64,000 bases of DNA from Gemmatimonadota bacterium (lineage in GTDB: Bacteria; Gemmatimonadota; Gemmatimonadetes; Gemmatimonadales; GWC2-71-9): the NCBI GenBank assembly GCA_036679645.1, contig JAZDCY010000016.1, positions 32,001 to 96,000 of the forward strand, in the 5' to 3' direction. The notes under the pieces were generated by a model. It was not told where the DNA came from, ran no database searches, and was given only the letters and a program-made list of their open reading frames with translations. The translations under genes were made by a program, and so were the position numbers. Positions within the stretch are counted from its first letter, which is position 1. Each line of letters starts with the position of its first letter. Shown one piece after another: positions 8,863-18,603 of the stretch.

Positions 8863-9545
8863 GGTGTCGCGCCTTTTGCCTCATCGAGCGTGACGCCGAC
8901 GGCGCGGGCGAGGTAACGGGCCGCCGAGCCGCGGGCGCGCCCCATAGCATCGGGGAGGCATATGTGGAGCAGGGAGCAGCGGTCGCATTTGGGCTCGCGT
9001 CGCGCCCGCGGCGTGCGGCGCGACGTGATGAGTTCGTGCAGGCGCGCGGCCGTTCCCTCGGTCAGGCGTCTGAGCGGAGCGTCAAAGGTCACGTCATGGC
9101 GCTTCCGCGTGCGGCCGTAGTACAGGGCCCCAGCCGGAACCTCGGTGTGCAGCATGTCTTCGAGGCACAGCGCTTGGGCACACAGTTGCACCTTGTCTGC
9201 CTCGTGGCGCTTGGGACGGCCGCGTTTGTACTCGACGGGGAACACAATCTGGCTGTCGCCAGCCGCGCGGAACTCGACTATGTCTGCCTTGCCCACGAGG
9301 CCCAACCGGGTCGATCGAAGCGCCAGGCCCCGCGTGACGCGAACGCCCGACCGGGTCTCGGGCCGGCCGTCGTGCGCCTTGTCGTGCATATGACGCCCCT
9401 CGACGGTCAGGCGGTTCTCGGCCCAGAGGCCCTCGATGTGGATCAGGGCGCACTGCCGCTCGCAGAAGAGCAGGTGTTGGAGGGCGGAGATGGGGAGGAG
9501 GTCGTCCTCGGTGAAGCCTGCTTCCGCCCCACCCACAGGGGTCAC
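8859..9545 (-). CDS. cas4: CRISPR-associated exonuclease Cas4
   Basis: FCERQ, DIVE, VEYKRG, QLCAQ, CDRCSLLHIC Fe-S cysteines. Confidence 0.96.
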   Translation of the reverse strand: MTPVGGAEAGFTEDDLLPISALQHLLFCERQCALIHIEGLWAENRLTVEGRHMHDKAHDGRPETRSGVRVTRGLALRSTRLGLVGKADIVEFRAAGDSQIVFPVEYKRGRPKRHEADKVQLCAQALCLEDMLHTEVPAGALYYGRTRKRHDVTFDAPLRRLTEGTAARLHELITSRRTPRARREPKCDRCSLLHICLPDAMGRARGSAARYLARAVGVTLDEAKGATP

Positions 9546-9955
9546 GGACGGACTTCTCCAGGCAACTCCGCGAGAATCGCGTCGTTGAGACGCCGTGCCA
9601 GTGCCAGCGCCGCGCGCGGCTCATCCGGAGCCGGCTCGGCGGGCTCTCCCGGGTAGCGGAACTTCCAGGCGTAGTCGGTAAGGCCTCCGCTCTCGCGGAT
9701 CACCTGCTCGAGGTCCGGCGCGATCTCAAGCACCTGGCGCCCCAGATCGGCAATGTTGTGCGTCTTCCGAAAGATGCGTCCGTGCCACGTGAGGAAGCCT
9801 TTGAGCGCCTTCTCGGCAGCCTGCTGGCAATGGAACAGGGCGTCTCCCGCAAGTGGCGGTTCGACGTTGCTGATGAGCTCCGCGGCGCGCAGGTCGTTCG
9901 CCGCCTTGATCAGCCATGCGCGGGTCTCGGCAACGAACTCGGGATCAAGCGGCAT
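9542..9955 (-). CDS. HEPN domain protein
   Basis: FHCQQAAEKALK...KTHNI...FRYPG pattern of HEPN proteins paired with MNTs. Confidence 0.88.
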   Translation of the reverse strand: MPLDPEFVAETRAWLIKAANDLRAAELISNVEPPLAGDALFHCQQAAEKALKGFLTWHGRIFRKTHNIADLGRQVLEIAPDLEQVIRESGGLTDYAWKFRYPGEPAEPAPDEPRAALALARRLNDAILAELPGEVRP

Positions 9956-10301
9956 GGAGCAGCTTCCCTTCGCGCAAGACGGTCGCTGGGAGAGAGGCGG
10001 GTACGCGTGTGCGGCGATCGAACGCGGTGCTGGTCCACACGATGACATCCGCCGCTGTCCCGATCCCCCACAGCGCTTCGTGGGCCAGCCGGGTGCCCCG
10101 CCGGTCCGGTGTAGCGTCGTCGGGCACGATCACCATGAGATCGTAGTCGCTGTCCGCGTCGGCGTCGCCGCGGGCTTTGGAGCCGAATAGGTAGACGCGC
10201 TCCGGGTCGTATGCGTCCACGAGGCGGCGGACGATCTCGGCAAGCGCCGGATCGCGGTCTGGGAGCTGGCCCGTGGGCCTTCCCTGAGACTCAGGCATCA
10301 T
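9945..10301 (-). CDS. Minimal nucleotidyltransferase (MNT)
   Basis: YLFGSKARGDADADSDYDL (GS-x10-DxD); overlaps the HEPN start. Confidence 0.9.
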   Translation of the reverse strand: MMPESQGRPTGQLPDRDPALAEIVRRLVDAYDPERVYLFGSKARGDADADSDYDLMVIVPDDATPDRRGTRLAHEALWGIGTAADVIVWTSTAFDRRTRVPASLPATVLREGKLLHAA

Positions 10302-10357
10302 GAACGATCATCTTGCCGGAAGGCACGCGATAGTTGACCAGGCGTACTCGGAAGCAC

Positions 10358-12503
10358 TCACACTACCCATGCGCTCGTGTCCTTCTGGCTCAGCAAGTGT
10401 TCCTGCCGCAGGACGCCAGCCATGTAACCGAGAAAGTCGGCCTGGTACTCCAAATCGCCCAGGCCGTATAGCCCCAGGCCCCGATCGTAGCGGTCGGTGT
10501 GAAGCTTATCAAGCCCGAGGTCGATGATCCGCCCAGGCCACATCTGGACACTGTAGGTCAACAATTCCGTCGGTGAGATTTTCTTTCTGTTCCGCACTGC
10601 CTGTGCCAGGCCTGCATCTACAATGACTGTCGCCGTCTGCTGCGGGATAACGCGGCAGAGGTGCGCGACTCCCCGTCGGCAGTGGCCGTGGGCATATGGT
10701 CGGTACTCCATGCGGTTCTCATCCTCGATCAGTTTGCGCGCTTGGTCCTCAGCGCCAGCCGTCCATTCCTTCCGCATGGCTTCCGTCGCGAGCCAGGTTG
10801 TTCCCAGCTCGGGATCGTTGAGTTGGCTCCTACTGATGCGGTGGAGTGCTCGCCGAGGCACCTCGAAGGCAGGATTTCGTCGGAAGCGGGCGTCGCGGAG
10901 TCGAAGGTCCCAGACCTCCACCTCCTCCGCGTACTCGCCACCCCGGTTGACTCGACCGCCGACCTGAATCAGGCTGGCGGTGGACGCCGATTCCCGGAAG
11001 CCGGTACGGAACGACAAGTCCATCCCGGCTTCTACACAACTGGTTGCCACAAGGACCCAGTCATCGATCTTCCCTTCCTGCAGGCGAAGCTTCATCCGCT
11101 TCACAACCAAGTCCCGATGAGCGGGCGCAAGAGCAGTCGAAAGATGTAGCACGTCGTGGCCGGCTAGGCGCATCGCTCGTGCAACTACCGCGGCCGTCTG
11201 CACGGTGTTGACGACGAGTAACCGCGGACCAGGCTTCTCCGACACGAACTTCAGAAGTCCGTCCAGGTCAAGAGCCGGCTCCAGTTCATCCTGATCGGCT
11301 TCATTCTGGCCCGCTTTGGTAATCCTGCGCTCCACGCGGACGCGCCGACCTTCCGCTCGTCGGAGCTCGTCCCTGAGCTGTCTGTTGCCTACGAGATCCG
11401 GCACGGGCGGCATTCGCTTCTCGGATCCCGTTCGGATCAGCTCCCGGTACTCGGGAAGCTCCCAAAACCGCGGCAGCGAGCCGCTAGCGAGTACAAGGTG
11501 CCCACCCCAGTCGTCTGTCCACGTCTCCAGCCATCGCCACACCTGTGGCCAGAGGTGCGAGGGCATAGCCGCGTGCATCTCGTCCACGAAGACGGCCGAT
11601 CCTGGCAACTCGTGCAGCTTTCGCAACCGGGCTGGATGATGGCTGCCCAGGGTTTCGAAGAATTGCACCGCAGTCGTGACAATGATTGGCGCCTTCCACA
11701 GCGTTGCGAGTTGTCGCAGCTCCAAGTCCTCGAAGTCGGCCCGGTGGTGATGCTCGGCGACCACGTCTTCCGGGCGCTCACCCTCCAGCACCAATGCCTT
11801 GCGGTACACGTCCACAGACTGTGTGATGATGTTCGTGTACGGCAGGACGACAACGATGTGGCGCAACTGAGGTTTTCCTTCGGTCGCCACGCGCAGGAGG
11901 TGGGCCATTACTGCCGTCGTCTTGCCGCTCCCCACCGGAGCATCGCAGGCACGGATCGCTGGCTCAATCGCGGCATCCCGGCAGGCTTCAAACACCCGTC
12001 GGCGCGCTTCATTCCGCTGCTGTTCTCGTGGTTTCTTTCCCTTCGGTAACCCGTCGACGTACCGCTGCAGTGCCGCCGCGCGCTCATCCCATCGGGTCTC
12101 GATGCCCGGCGTCTCGACCTCACCGCCATAGTGCCGTGCCGTGTCACCATGGTCAGCGTCTACGAGGCACGATAGGGCCAATCGACGGGTAAAGCCGCAC
12201 GGCTGCAATGCCTTCGGTTTAGCCTTCGGTAACTCCGGACAGCCAGCCGAACGGTGGAGATTCCGATACCCGTCGAGTCGGCCTTTCGCATCGACGTGGT
12301 CCGCTACAACAAGACCACCTGGGGTCTCGCGCCTTAACTGGCGGAACGGTCGCCCCTGTGGTTCAAGGAAATCCTCCTTCAGACTGAACAGCCCGGCATG
12401 ATGAGCGGCGACTAACGCTACCGATTCCTGCCAGTTAAGGCGATCCAGTTCGGCCACGCCTGCGTCCTCATGCGCAATCACTAACCGTTTGCGTGAACTC
12501 TGC
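10358..12503 (-). pseudogene. cas3: Cas3 helicase/HD nuclease, 3' part (IS-disrupted)
   Basis: HEDAG, HHAGL, LVDAD HD remnants; APVGSGKT, DEMH, QVGGRVNR SF2 motifs; joins in frame with 15149-15375 when the IS is removed. Confidence 0.93.
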
Positions 12504-12520
12504 TGCGGATTTCGGACCCA

Positions 12521-12643
12521 TTCGGACACCTGTTTCGGAATCATCCGGACACCCATTTCGGTTTTATCCGGACACCTGTTTCGGAGCCATCCGGACACCC
12601 ATTTCGGACATTCGGACACCTGTTTCGGAGATGTCGGACACCT
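12521..12643 (+). repeat. IS21 left-end tandem IstA-binding repeats
   Basis: CGGACACC at 12523, 12546, 12569, 12592, 12613, 12635 (21-23 bp period). Confidence 0.85.
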
Positions 12644-12710
12644 TCGCTGAGGGAGTGGGCGCTGGATAACTGAGGCGGATTCGGTCTCACTTCAGGGACT
12701 TTTCCCCGGA

Positions 12711-14366
12711 GTGATGCTGATGCCCGCTCGGAGGTTGTCCATGCGCAAGATCGTAGACCTGCTGCGGTTGCAGGCGGAGGGGCTGAGTGTGCGGCAGGTG
12801 GCCGACAGCTTGGGCCTGCCGCGCAGCACCGTGGCCGACTACATGGGCCGGCTGAAGCGGGCCGGGCTGACGTGGCCGCTGCCGGATGAGGCGGACGAAG
12901 CGGAGCTTCTCGAGCGGCTGTTCGGCGCCGAGCGCTCTCGGGCTGGTGAGCGGCCGATGCCGGACTGGGCGACGGTGCATGCCGAGCGCAAGCGACCGGG
13001 TGTGACCCTGCACCTGCTGTGGCTGGAGTACAAGCAGGTCCATCCCGAGGGGTATCAGTACACTCAGTTTTGTGAGTACTACAAGCGCTGGCGTGCGCGG
13101 CTCGATCCCGTTTTACGGCAGGCCTACAAGGCGGGAGAGAAGGTGTTTGTCGACTACGCCGGTCAGACCATGCCCGTCGTCGACGGCGAGACCGGCGAGG
13201 TGCGGCAGGCGCAGATCTTCGTCGGGACCCTAGGAGCGAGCAACTACATCTATGCCGAGGCCACGTGGACGCAGCGCCTGCCCGATTGGACGGCCGCGCA
13301 CGTGCGGATGTACGAGGCATTCGGAGGTGTCCCGGCCCTGACGGTGCCCGACAATCTGAAAACAGGCGTACGGCACGCCTGCTACTACGAGCCGGATCTC
13401 AATCCCACATATCAGGACCTGGCCACGCACTACGGGACGGCGGTGCTGCCGACGCGGGCGGCCAAGCCCCGGGATAAGGCCAAAGTGGAGACCGGCGTGC
13501 AACTGGTGGAGCGCTGGTGCCTGGCCCCACTCAGGAACCACACCTTCTTCAGCCTCGCCGAGTTGAATTGCGAGCTGCGGACGCATCTCGACACCCTCAA
13601 CGAGCGACCGTTTCAAAAACTGCCCGGTACCAGACGGCAGCTCCTCGAGACGCTGGAGCGGCCGGCCTTGAAACCCTTGCCGCCGACGCCCTTCGAATAC
13701 GCCGAGTGGAAGAAGGCCCGCGTCAACATCGACTACCACGTCCAGGTCGATAGCCATCTCTACAGCGTCCCCTACATGCTCGTGCGTCAGGAAGTGGACG
13801 TGCGCCTCACGGCGAAGACGGTAGAGGTGTTGCACCGCGGCAAACGCGTCGCGGCCCACCGGCGTAGTCATCGTCCGGGCCGCTTCACTACCGAGCCGGG
13901 CCACCGTCCCAAATCCCACCAGCGGCATCTCGAGTGGACGCCATCGCGGCTGATACGCTGGGGAGCCACGCTGGGGCAGCACACCGGCGAACTCGTTGCA
14001 CACATCCTCGAGAGCAGACCCCATCCCGAGCAGGGATACCGCGCCTGCCTCGGCCTCCTCAGTCTCGCGCGCAAGTACGGCCCGGAGCGAGTCGAAGCCG
14101 CGTGCACGCGCGCCCTGCGCACTCGGGCAACGACCTATCGATCCGTGAAATCGATCCTCGAACATGCACTCGATCGTCTGCCGTCCGAGGAGGAGCAGAT
14201 CACCCTGTCGCTTCCCGCCGACCACGCCCATGTGCGCGGGTCGACCTATTACGCCACGCTCACTACAGCAAACCATCGACCGCATGCACGAACTGCGATT
14301 GACGGGCATGGCCCAAGCCCTCGACGAACAACGGGGCCAACCCGATCTGCACGACCTCGCCTTTGA
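12711..14366 (+). CDS. istA: IS21 transposase IstA
   Basis: N-terminal HTH; FVDYAG, VPDNLK, PRDKAKVE DDE motifs. Confidence 0.95.
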   Translation: MMLMPARRLSMRKIVDLLRLQAEGLSVRQVADSLGLPRSTVADYMGRLKRAGLTWPLPDEADEAELLERLFGAERSRAGERPMPDWATVHAERKRPGVTLHLLWLEYKQVHPEGYQYTQFCEYYKRWRARLDPVLRQAYKAGEKVFVDYAGQTMPVVDGETGEVRQAQIFVGTLGASNYIYAEATWTQRLPDWTAAHVRMYEAFGGVPALTVPDNLKTGVRHACYYEPDLNPTYQDLATHYGTAVLPTRAAKPRDKAKVETGVQLVERWCLAPLRNHTFFSLAELNCELRTHLDTLNERPFQKLPGTRRQLLETLERPALKPLPPTPFEYAEWKKARVNIDYHVQVDSHLYSVPYMLVRQEVDVRLTAKTVEVLHRGKRVAAHRRSHRPGRFTTEPGHRPKSHQRHLEWTPSRLIRWGATLGQHTGELVAHILESRPHPEQGYRACLGLLSLARKYGPERVEAACTRALRTRATTYRSVKSILEHALDRLPSEEEQITLSLPADHAHVRGSTYYATLTTANHRPHARTAIDGHGPSPRRTTGPTRSARPRL

Positions 14367-15030
14367 GGACCGGCTCGCCCTGCTCGTGGAACGCGAAGCC
14401 ACCGCCCGGGCCGATCGCAGATTGACCCGGCTGCTGCAGCTCGCAAAGCTGCGTCTCCAGGCGAGCGTCGAAGAACTCGACTTCAAGACCCCTCGTGGAC
14501 TCGATCGCTCGGTCATGTTACGGCTCGCTGGCTGCGACTGGATCCGCCAGCATCAGGTCGCCCTGCTCATCGGAGCCACGGGCACGGGCAAGACCTTCAT
14601 CTCCTGTGCCCTCGGCCACAGTGCCTGTCGACAGGGACTGCGGGTGCGCTACGTCCGGCTGCCTCGTCTCTTGCACGACCTGGCGCTCGCCCAGGCCGAC
14701 GGCTCCTACGGCAAACTCTTGACCGCCTTAGCGAAGACAGAACTCTTAATAATCGACGACTGGGGCCTGGCACCGCTCGGTGATCGCGAACGCCGTGACG
14801 TGCTCGAAGTCATCGAAGATCGCTACGGCCGCCGGGCCACGATCGTGACCAGCCAGCTCCCCGTCGAGCACTGGCACGAACTCATAGGGGACCCCACCTT
14901 TGGGGACGCGATCCTCGACCGCCTCGTGCACGGTGCACATCGGATCACGCTGAAAGGCCGGTCGATGCGCCGCAAGGAAACGACCAAGAAGGAAACGAAG
15001 AAGAAACCGACAACGAAAGAAGGAAACTAG
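14284..15030 (+). CDS. istB: IS21 helper AAA+ ATPase IstB (start uncertain; frame open from 14164)
   Basis: LRLTGM, GATGTGKT, LIIDDWG, TSQLP, DAILDRL. Confidence 0.94.
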   Translation: MHELRLTGMAQALDEQRGQPDLHDLAFEDRLALLVEREATARADRRLTRLLQLAKLRLQASVEELDFKTPRGLDRSVMLRLAGCDWIRQHQVALLIGATGTGKTFISCALGHSACRQGLRVRYVRLPRLLHDLALAQADGSYGKLLTALAKTELLIIDDWGLAPLGDRERRDVLEVIEDRYGRRATIVTSQLPVEHWHELIGDPTFGDAILDRLVHGAHRITLKGRSMRRKETTKKETKKKPTTKEGN

Positions 15031-15053
15031 GCCAGCACCCACACCTCGGTGTC

Positions 15054-15130
15054 GGTGTCCGACATCAGCCGAACGGACTGTCCGACTTCAACCGAACCAG
15101 GTGTCCGACATCAACCGAACTGGGTGTCCG
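15054..15130 (-). repeat. IS21 right-end tandem repeats
   Basis: GGTGTCCG at 15054, 15100, 15123 plus a variant near 15077; inverted relative to the left-end repeats. Confidence 0.83.
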
Positions 15131-15148
15131 GATGCACCGAAATCCGCA

Positions 15149-15375
15149 CTCTGCCGAAGTACCGCCTGATTAGCCTCGTCCAGTTTGCCGAGGTCGTGGT
15201 ACAGCGCCGCCGCATCGACCCAGCCAATGAAGGCTTCCTGGTCACCGGCGTAAAACGCGACGGCGCGCTGAGCATTACCCACCGTATCGCGACGGACATT
15301 GGTGACGTGCGCGACGTACGTCTGTGCCGACACGCCATCCCGCCGGCTATGTGCTAGAGGCGGATCGCTCGACAT
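15149..15375 (-). pseudogene. cas3: Cas3 N-terminal HD fragment (IS-disrupted)
   Basis: MSSDPPLAHS...AHVTNV...LYHDLGKLDEANQAVLRQS; continues as SRKRLVIAHEDAG on the other side of the IS. Confidence 0.92.
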
Positions 15376-15385
15376 CGCCGCTGCC

Positions 15386-16393
15386 TTACAGGAGCTGGCT
15401 GCACCACTCCGGCAGTTCGACACACAGGTCATACAGCTTGGCGTTCCTCAGGACGCCGTGGAAGTCATTCGGCAGCGCCCTGGGCACATCGTACTGATCG
15501 GTGAGTGGAACTTGGTCCGTTGACGGCGGCATTCTCTCGTCGTCCCTGGGTTCCCACTTCCGTTTCGGGGTGAGCTTCTCGATGAATTCGAATTCCGAGA
15601 ATGAGCCGAGGCTGTATTCGCTGCCTGGCTCGTTCTCGTGCTCGGCGTACCAAGCATGGCGAACGTCAACCATGCCACGTGGCGCGGACCGAGTATGCGG
15701 GTACGCGTAGCGGATCAGGCCCAACATGAGCGCGATGTCTTTCGCAGTACAGCCACTGTTCCTGGCGGCCGTCGGGTTGACAAAGAAGGGCATGCAGTAG
15801 ACACCGTGCTCGACGATTCGACTTGCCAGCGGCGCCATGCCGCGATCCTTCGACTCCTGAGCGCTAGCCTTCTTTGTGAGGGTGTCCCGAAGCACTCGCA
15901 CCGGAGCGGCCGATACGCCGATCGGAAAATGCGCGACGCCAGTGCGGATGTACTTGCGGTCACCAGCGGTGCTGCGCCTCCCGCCCTCAGGTGCGTCCTC
16001 GCCCTTCTCAAGAAAGGTGGCTCCGAAGGTGCGAGCGTCCCAGTACTTGTTCGCCACCTTGTTGGGGTCCTCATCGATGAGTTCAACGACTCTCTTCCAG
16101 GCTTCGGCGGCTTCCTTGACGTCAGCGAAGCCGCGCTCACGGGATTCGAGAATGGAGAACTCATCGTCATTCAACCGAAACTGACTCTTCAAGTGCTGCC
16201 AGACGTCGCCATCCTTCTGCTCTACCAGATCCCGCATCTTGCGCTTGAAAGACACCCCCGTGATGTATCCACGTCCGTCGTGATTTCGCTGGCGCGGGTC
16301 GCTCTCGCGATCCGGGTCGCCGTTGGGGTTCGAATTCCGCACCTCGATAACCAGCAGGCCGGTGGCTCGGGCAATACCGTGCTTCGCGTTCAT
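15386..16393 (-). CDS. cas7: Cas7 (Csd2-like) backbone subunit
   Basis: NSNPNGDPD...PR, VSFKRKMRD, YWDARTFG. Confidence 0.92.
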   Translation of the reverse strand: MNAKHGIARATGLLVIEVRNSNPNGDPDRESDPRQRNHDGRGYITGVSFKRKMRDLVEQKDGDVWQHLKSQFRLNDDEFSILESRERGFADVKEAAEAWKRVVELIDEDPNKVANKYWDARTFGATFLEKGEDAPEGGRRSTAGDRKYIRTGVAHFPIGVSAAPVRVLRDTLTKKASAQESKDRGMAPLASRIVEHGVYCMPFFVNPTAARNSGCTAKDIALMLGLIRYAYPHTRSAPRGMVDVRHAWYAEHENEPGSEYSLGSFSEFEFIEKLTPKRKWEPRDDERMPPSTDQVPLTDQYDVPRALPNDFHGVLRNAKLYDLCVELPEWCSQLL

Positions 16394-16812
16394 TGCGTAC
16401 TGTCCTTCCCGTTTTGGCCATGTTTCTCATCCGGCGGTGAGGCGAGGAACCCGAGAAGGAGCTGGGCCTTCGCTACGTCGTCTACCTCGATCGGCAGGTC
16501 GGCGGCGCCGAGTGTGGCCGCGAGCGGCTGGTACTGCCGCAGCTTCTTCCTAGCCTCATTGACGGCGATCCGTTGCTGCTCCCTTTCCTCGCCCTGTGGC
16601 GTCTGGGCCGTCTTCGCCCACCGCACGTACTCCATCATTCGTTCGCCGAGGTCGGCAACCGCGGCCGCGGGGTTGTCCAGGGCTCGGCGCATCAGGGACG
16701 TGCCGATCAGGGAATTGGGCAACTGGCCCTTGCGAACAACGGTGCAGTAGTCCTTGTGCAGTGTGTCGGCCAGCGCCAGGACCTGGCCAACCTGGTACGG
16801 CGCATTCTTCAT
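16390..16812 (-). CDS. cas11: Putative Cas11 small subunit from an internal start within cas8 (140 aa)
   Basis: In-frame AAAGGAG-N6-ATG (MKNAPYQVGQVLALAD...) at the start of the C-terminal helical domain. Confidence 0.72.
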   Translation of the reverse strand: MKNAPYQVGQVLALADTLHKDYCTVVRKGQLPNSLIGTSLMRRALDNPAAAVADLGERMMEYVRWAKTAQTPQGEEREQQRIAVNEARKKLRQYQPLAATLGAADLPIEVDDVAKAQLLLGFLASPPDEKHGQNGKDSTQ

Positions 16813-18603
16813 GTACTGCTCCTTTCGATGGCCGAGGGCGTCGAGCAGGATCGCGGAAACGGCTACCGCCCGCAGTGCTACCTCGTCTGAGAACCGTGCG
16901 TAGTCAGGTCGTGCTCTGTGCTTCTTCTGAGCCCTCAGGGGTCCGTAGGCGTGCTGGGCGCCGAAGACGCCGATCAACAGCGGCGTGAGACGCCGGACAA
17001 GCATCCTCAGCATCGACCGCGCTGCTGGCTCCCCCTTGCCCTCTGTTCCAAGCATCACGTCGAGCACCTCGCCGAGCCCCGGCCCGACGACCGCCGCCGA
17101 CTCGCTGCCACCACGCGCCCACTGATGCGACAGCAGCCGCACCACTTGGTCCGGATACGGTGGGAACGGCTGACCCTCGCCTGCCTCCAGTTTCTTCCCG
17201 TTTCGCGTCTCTTCAGGCAACCACAGCCGCACCTGCGGGGCATTTCGCTTCACCGCCTCAACCCACTTCTGAGCCGCGTCCAGCACTTGCTGAACGGTTG
17301 GTGATTCGGCTAAGACGACCTGAGCTTGTCCCTTTGACATCTCCCTGATCACGAATAGCTGAAGGCGTGACTTCGGGTGTTGCCTCGCAACCCCCTTCAA
17401 CGCTCGGACCAGAGCGGCGGCATCGACTTCGAATCGTTGTTCGTCCACACCCATTCCGCCACCGATGTATCGTGCGGTGTTGGCGTCAAGAGCAGGAGAG
17501 TCTTCGACGTAGGCGATAAGTACGTCCGGCTTCTCGACCTGCTGGCCCCCTGCCGATTCGAACCGGCTGCTCCCGACGAACTCCCAGGTCTGGCCTTGGC
17601 GAGAATCAGCGGTGATGAACTCGAGTGCTTCCTTCAAACAGTCAGCGCGGGCCTTGGCAATGGTGCAGCGAGCTGCGCTGAACATCGAGGAAAGCGGAAA
17701 GCGCTTTCGTCCGATCTTTTGCTTCCTCATGGAATAGACAGGAAGGTCGATCTTTGGAAGCGTTTCCCGCTCGAGGGCGGCCGCTTCACCAGTGAGCGCA
17801 TCGATACCAACCGTCGCGCTGTCCTTCTGGGTGTGCGAGTGCTTCCACGTTGGCTCGCGTGGCAGATGCTCCCTCAGCAAGTTGCCAATCCTCTCGCTGT
17901 AGAGAGGATGACTGAACAGATTGGGGTCGCTCACGTCAAATGCCAGTTGGACGGTCATCGTTGGGCGGCGGCCGTTTTCATCGGGCGGGCCTTTTCCTAC
18001 GAGCAGCTGTTCGACCTGGTCGATGGCGGAGAGCGTTCCTTGCTTGAGCCCTGCAAGGGCGACCTCGCCGATGCTGGAAAGTAGCGTGTCGGGTTGCTGC
18101 GCCGCGATCACAAAGCGTTTGCCAAGTGCTGCAACGACCTGGCCCTGGTCGTTCATCTGTTGAGCGCACTTCACCAGTTCGTTGGCCTTGCGGTCTCGGA
18201 GTCGGACCCACAGGTCCTGCGTCCTTTTGGACCAGAGACACACGGATCCCTTCTGTGACGCTTCCTCCAGAGTCGTGACACGCCGAGCATCATCCAGAGT
18301 TCTACGCCGTCTCTGATGCTTGTCGAAGCCAAGCTCTTGCCAGACATCGGCAGAGACCTCCGAGAGTGGCTGCTGCACGCGAACGACGGGAAAGCTGTTC
18401 TGGTTACCTTCCATCACAGTCCACGACGGCCAGTCCTCGTGCGTTACTTCTTCAATCGCCACTACTTTGCCTTGACTGTTCAGCCTGACGCGCAGGCATG
18501 GCGCTGAGCGACCGGGTTCTGGAACGCGCCTATGCTTCCGTTCTAGCCGAAGCGAGGGTGTTCTTTCCAGCGCCTGCCAGAGCCGCCATGTCTCATTGAG
18601 CAC
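16390..18603 (-). CDS. cas8c: Divergent Cas8 large subunit (Csd1 position)
   Basis: Lies between cas5 and cas7 with overlapping start/stop codons; C-terminal helical domain YQVGQVLALAD...LLLGF resembles the Cas8c/Cas11 C-terminus; N-terminal part not recognisable. Confidence 0.75.
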   Translation of the reverse strand: MLNETWRLWQALERTPSLRLERKHRRVPEPGRSAPCLRVRLNSQGKVVAIEEVTHEDWPSWTVMEGNQNSFPVVRVQQPLSEVSADVWQELGFDKHQRRRRTLDDARRVTTLEEASQKGSVCLWSKRTQDLWVRLRDRKANELVKCAQQMNDQGQVVAALGKRFVIAAQQPDTLLSSIGEVALAGLKQGTLSAIDQVEQLLVGKGPPDENGRRPTMTVQLAFDVSDPNLFSHPLYSERIGNLLREHLPREPTWKHSHTQKDSATVGIDALTGEAAALERETLPKIDLPVYSMRKQKIGRKRFPLSSMFSAARCTIAKARADCLKEALEFITADSRQGQTWEFVGSSRFESAGGQQVEKPDVLIAYVEDSPALDANTARYIGGGMGVDEQRFEVDAAALVRALKGVARQHPKSRLQLFVIREMSKGQAQVVLAESPTVQQVLDAAQKWVEAVKRNAPQVRLWLPEETRNGKKLEAGEGQPFPPYPDQVVRLLSHQWARGGSESAAVVGPGLGEVLDVMLGTEGKGEPAARSMLRMLVRRLTPLLIGVFGAQHAYGPLRAQKKHRARPDYARFSDEVALRAVAVSAILLDALGHRKEQYMKNAPYQVGQVLALADTLHKDYCTVVRKGQLPNSLIGTSLMRRALDNPAAAVADLGERMMEYVRWAKTAQTPQGEEREQQRIAVNEARKKLRQYQPLAATLGAADLPIEVDDVAKAQLLLGFLASPPDEKHGQNGKDSTQ

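Larger units (their letters stand above)
12504..15148 (+). mobile_element. IS21-family insertion sequence (2645 bp)
   Basis: Terminal IRs TGCGGATTTCGG / CCGAAATCCGCA; 6-bp target duplication CTCTGC at 12498-12503 and 15149-15154; istA and istB inside. Confidence 0.96.

Noticed and set aside
12521..12643. Second CRISPR or mini-array
   Set aside because: 21-23-bp period with no unique spacers and an inverted counterpart at the other IS end; these are IS21 terminal repeats
12504..15148. CRISPR-associated transposon (DDE transposase + AAA ATPase within a Cas3-less type I locus)
   Set aside because: The IRs and target duplication enclose only istAB, the element interrupts an otherwise intact cas3, and no TniQ/TnsD is present
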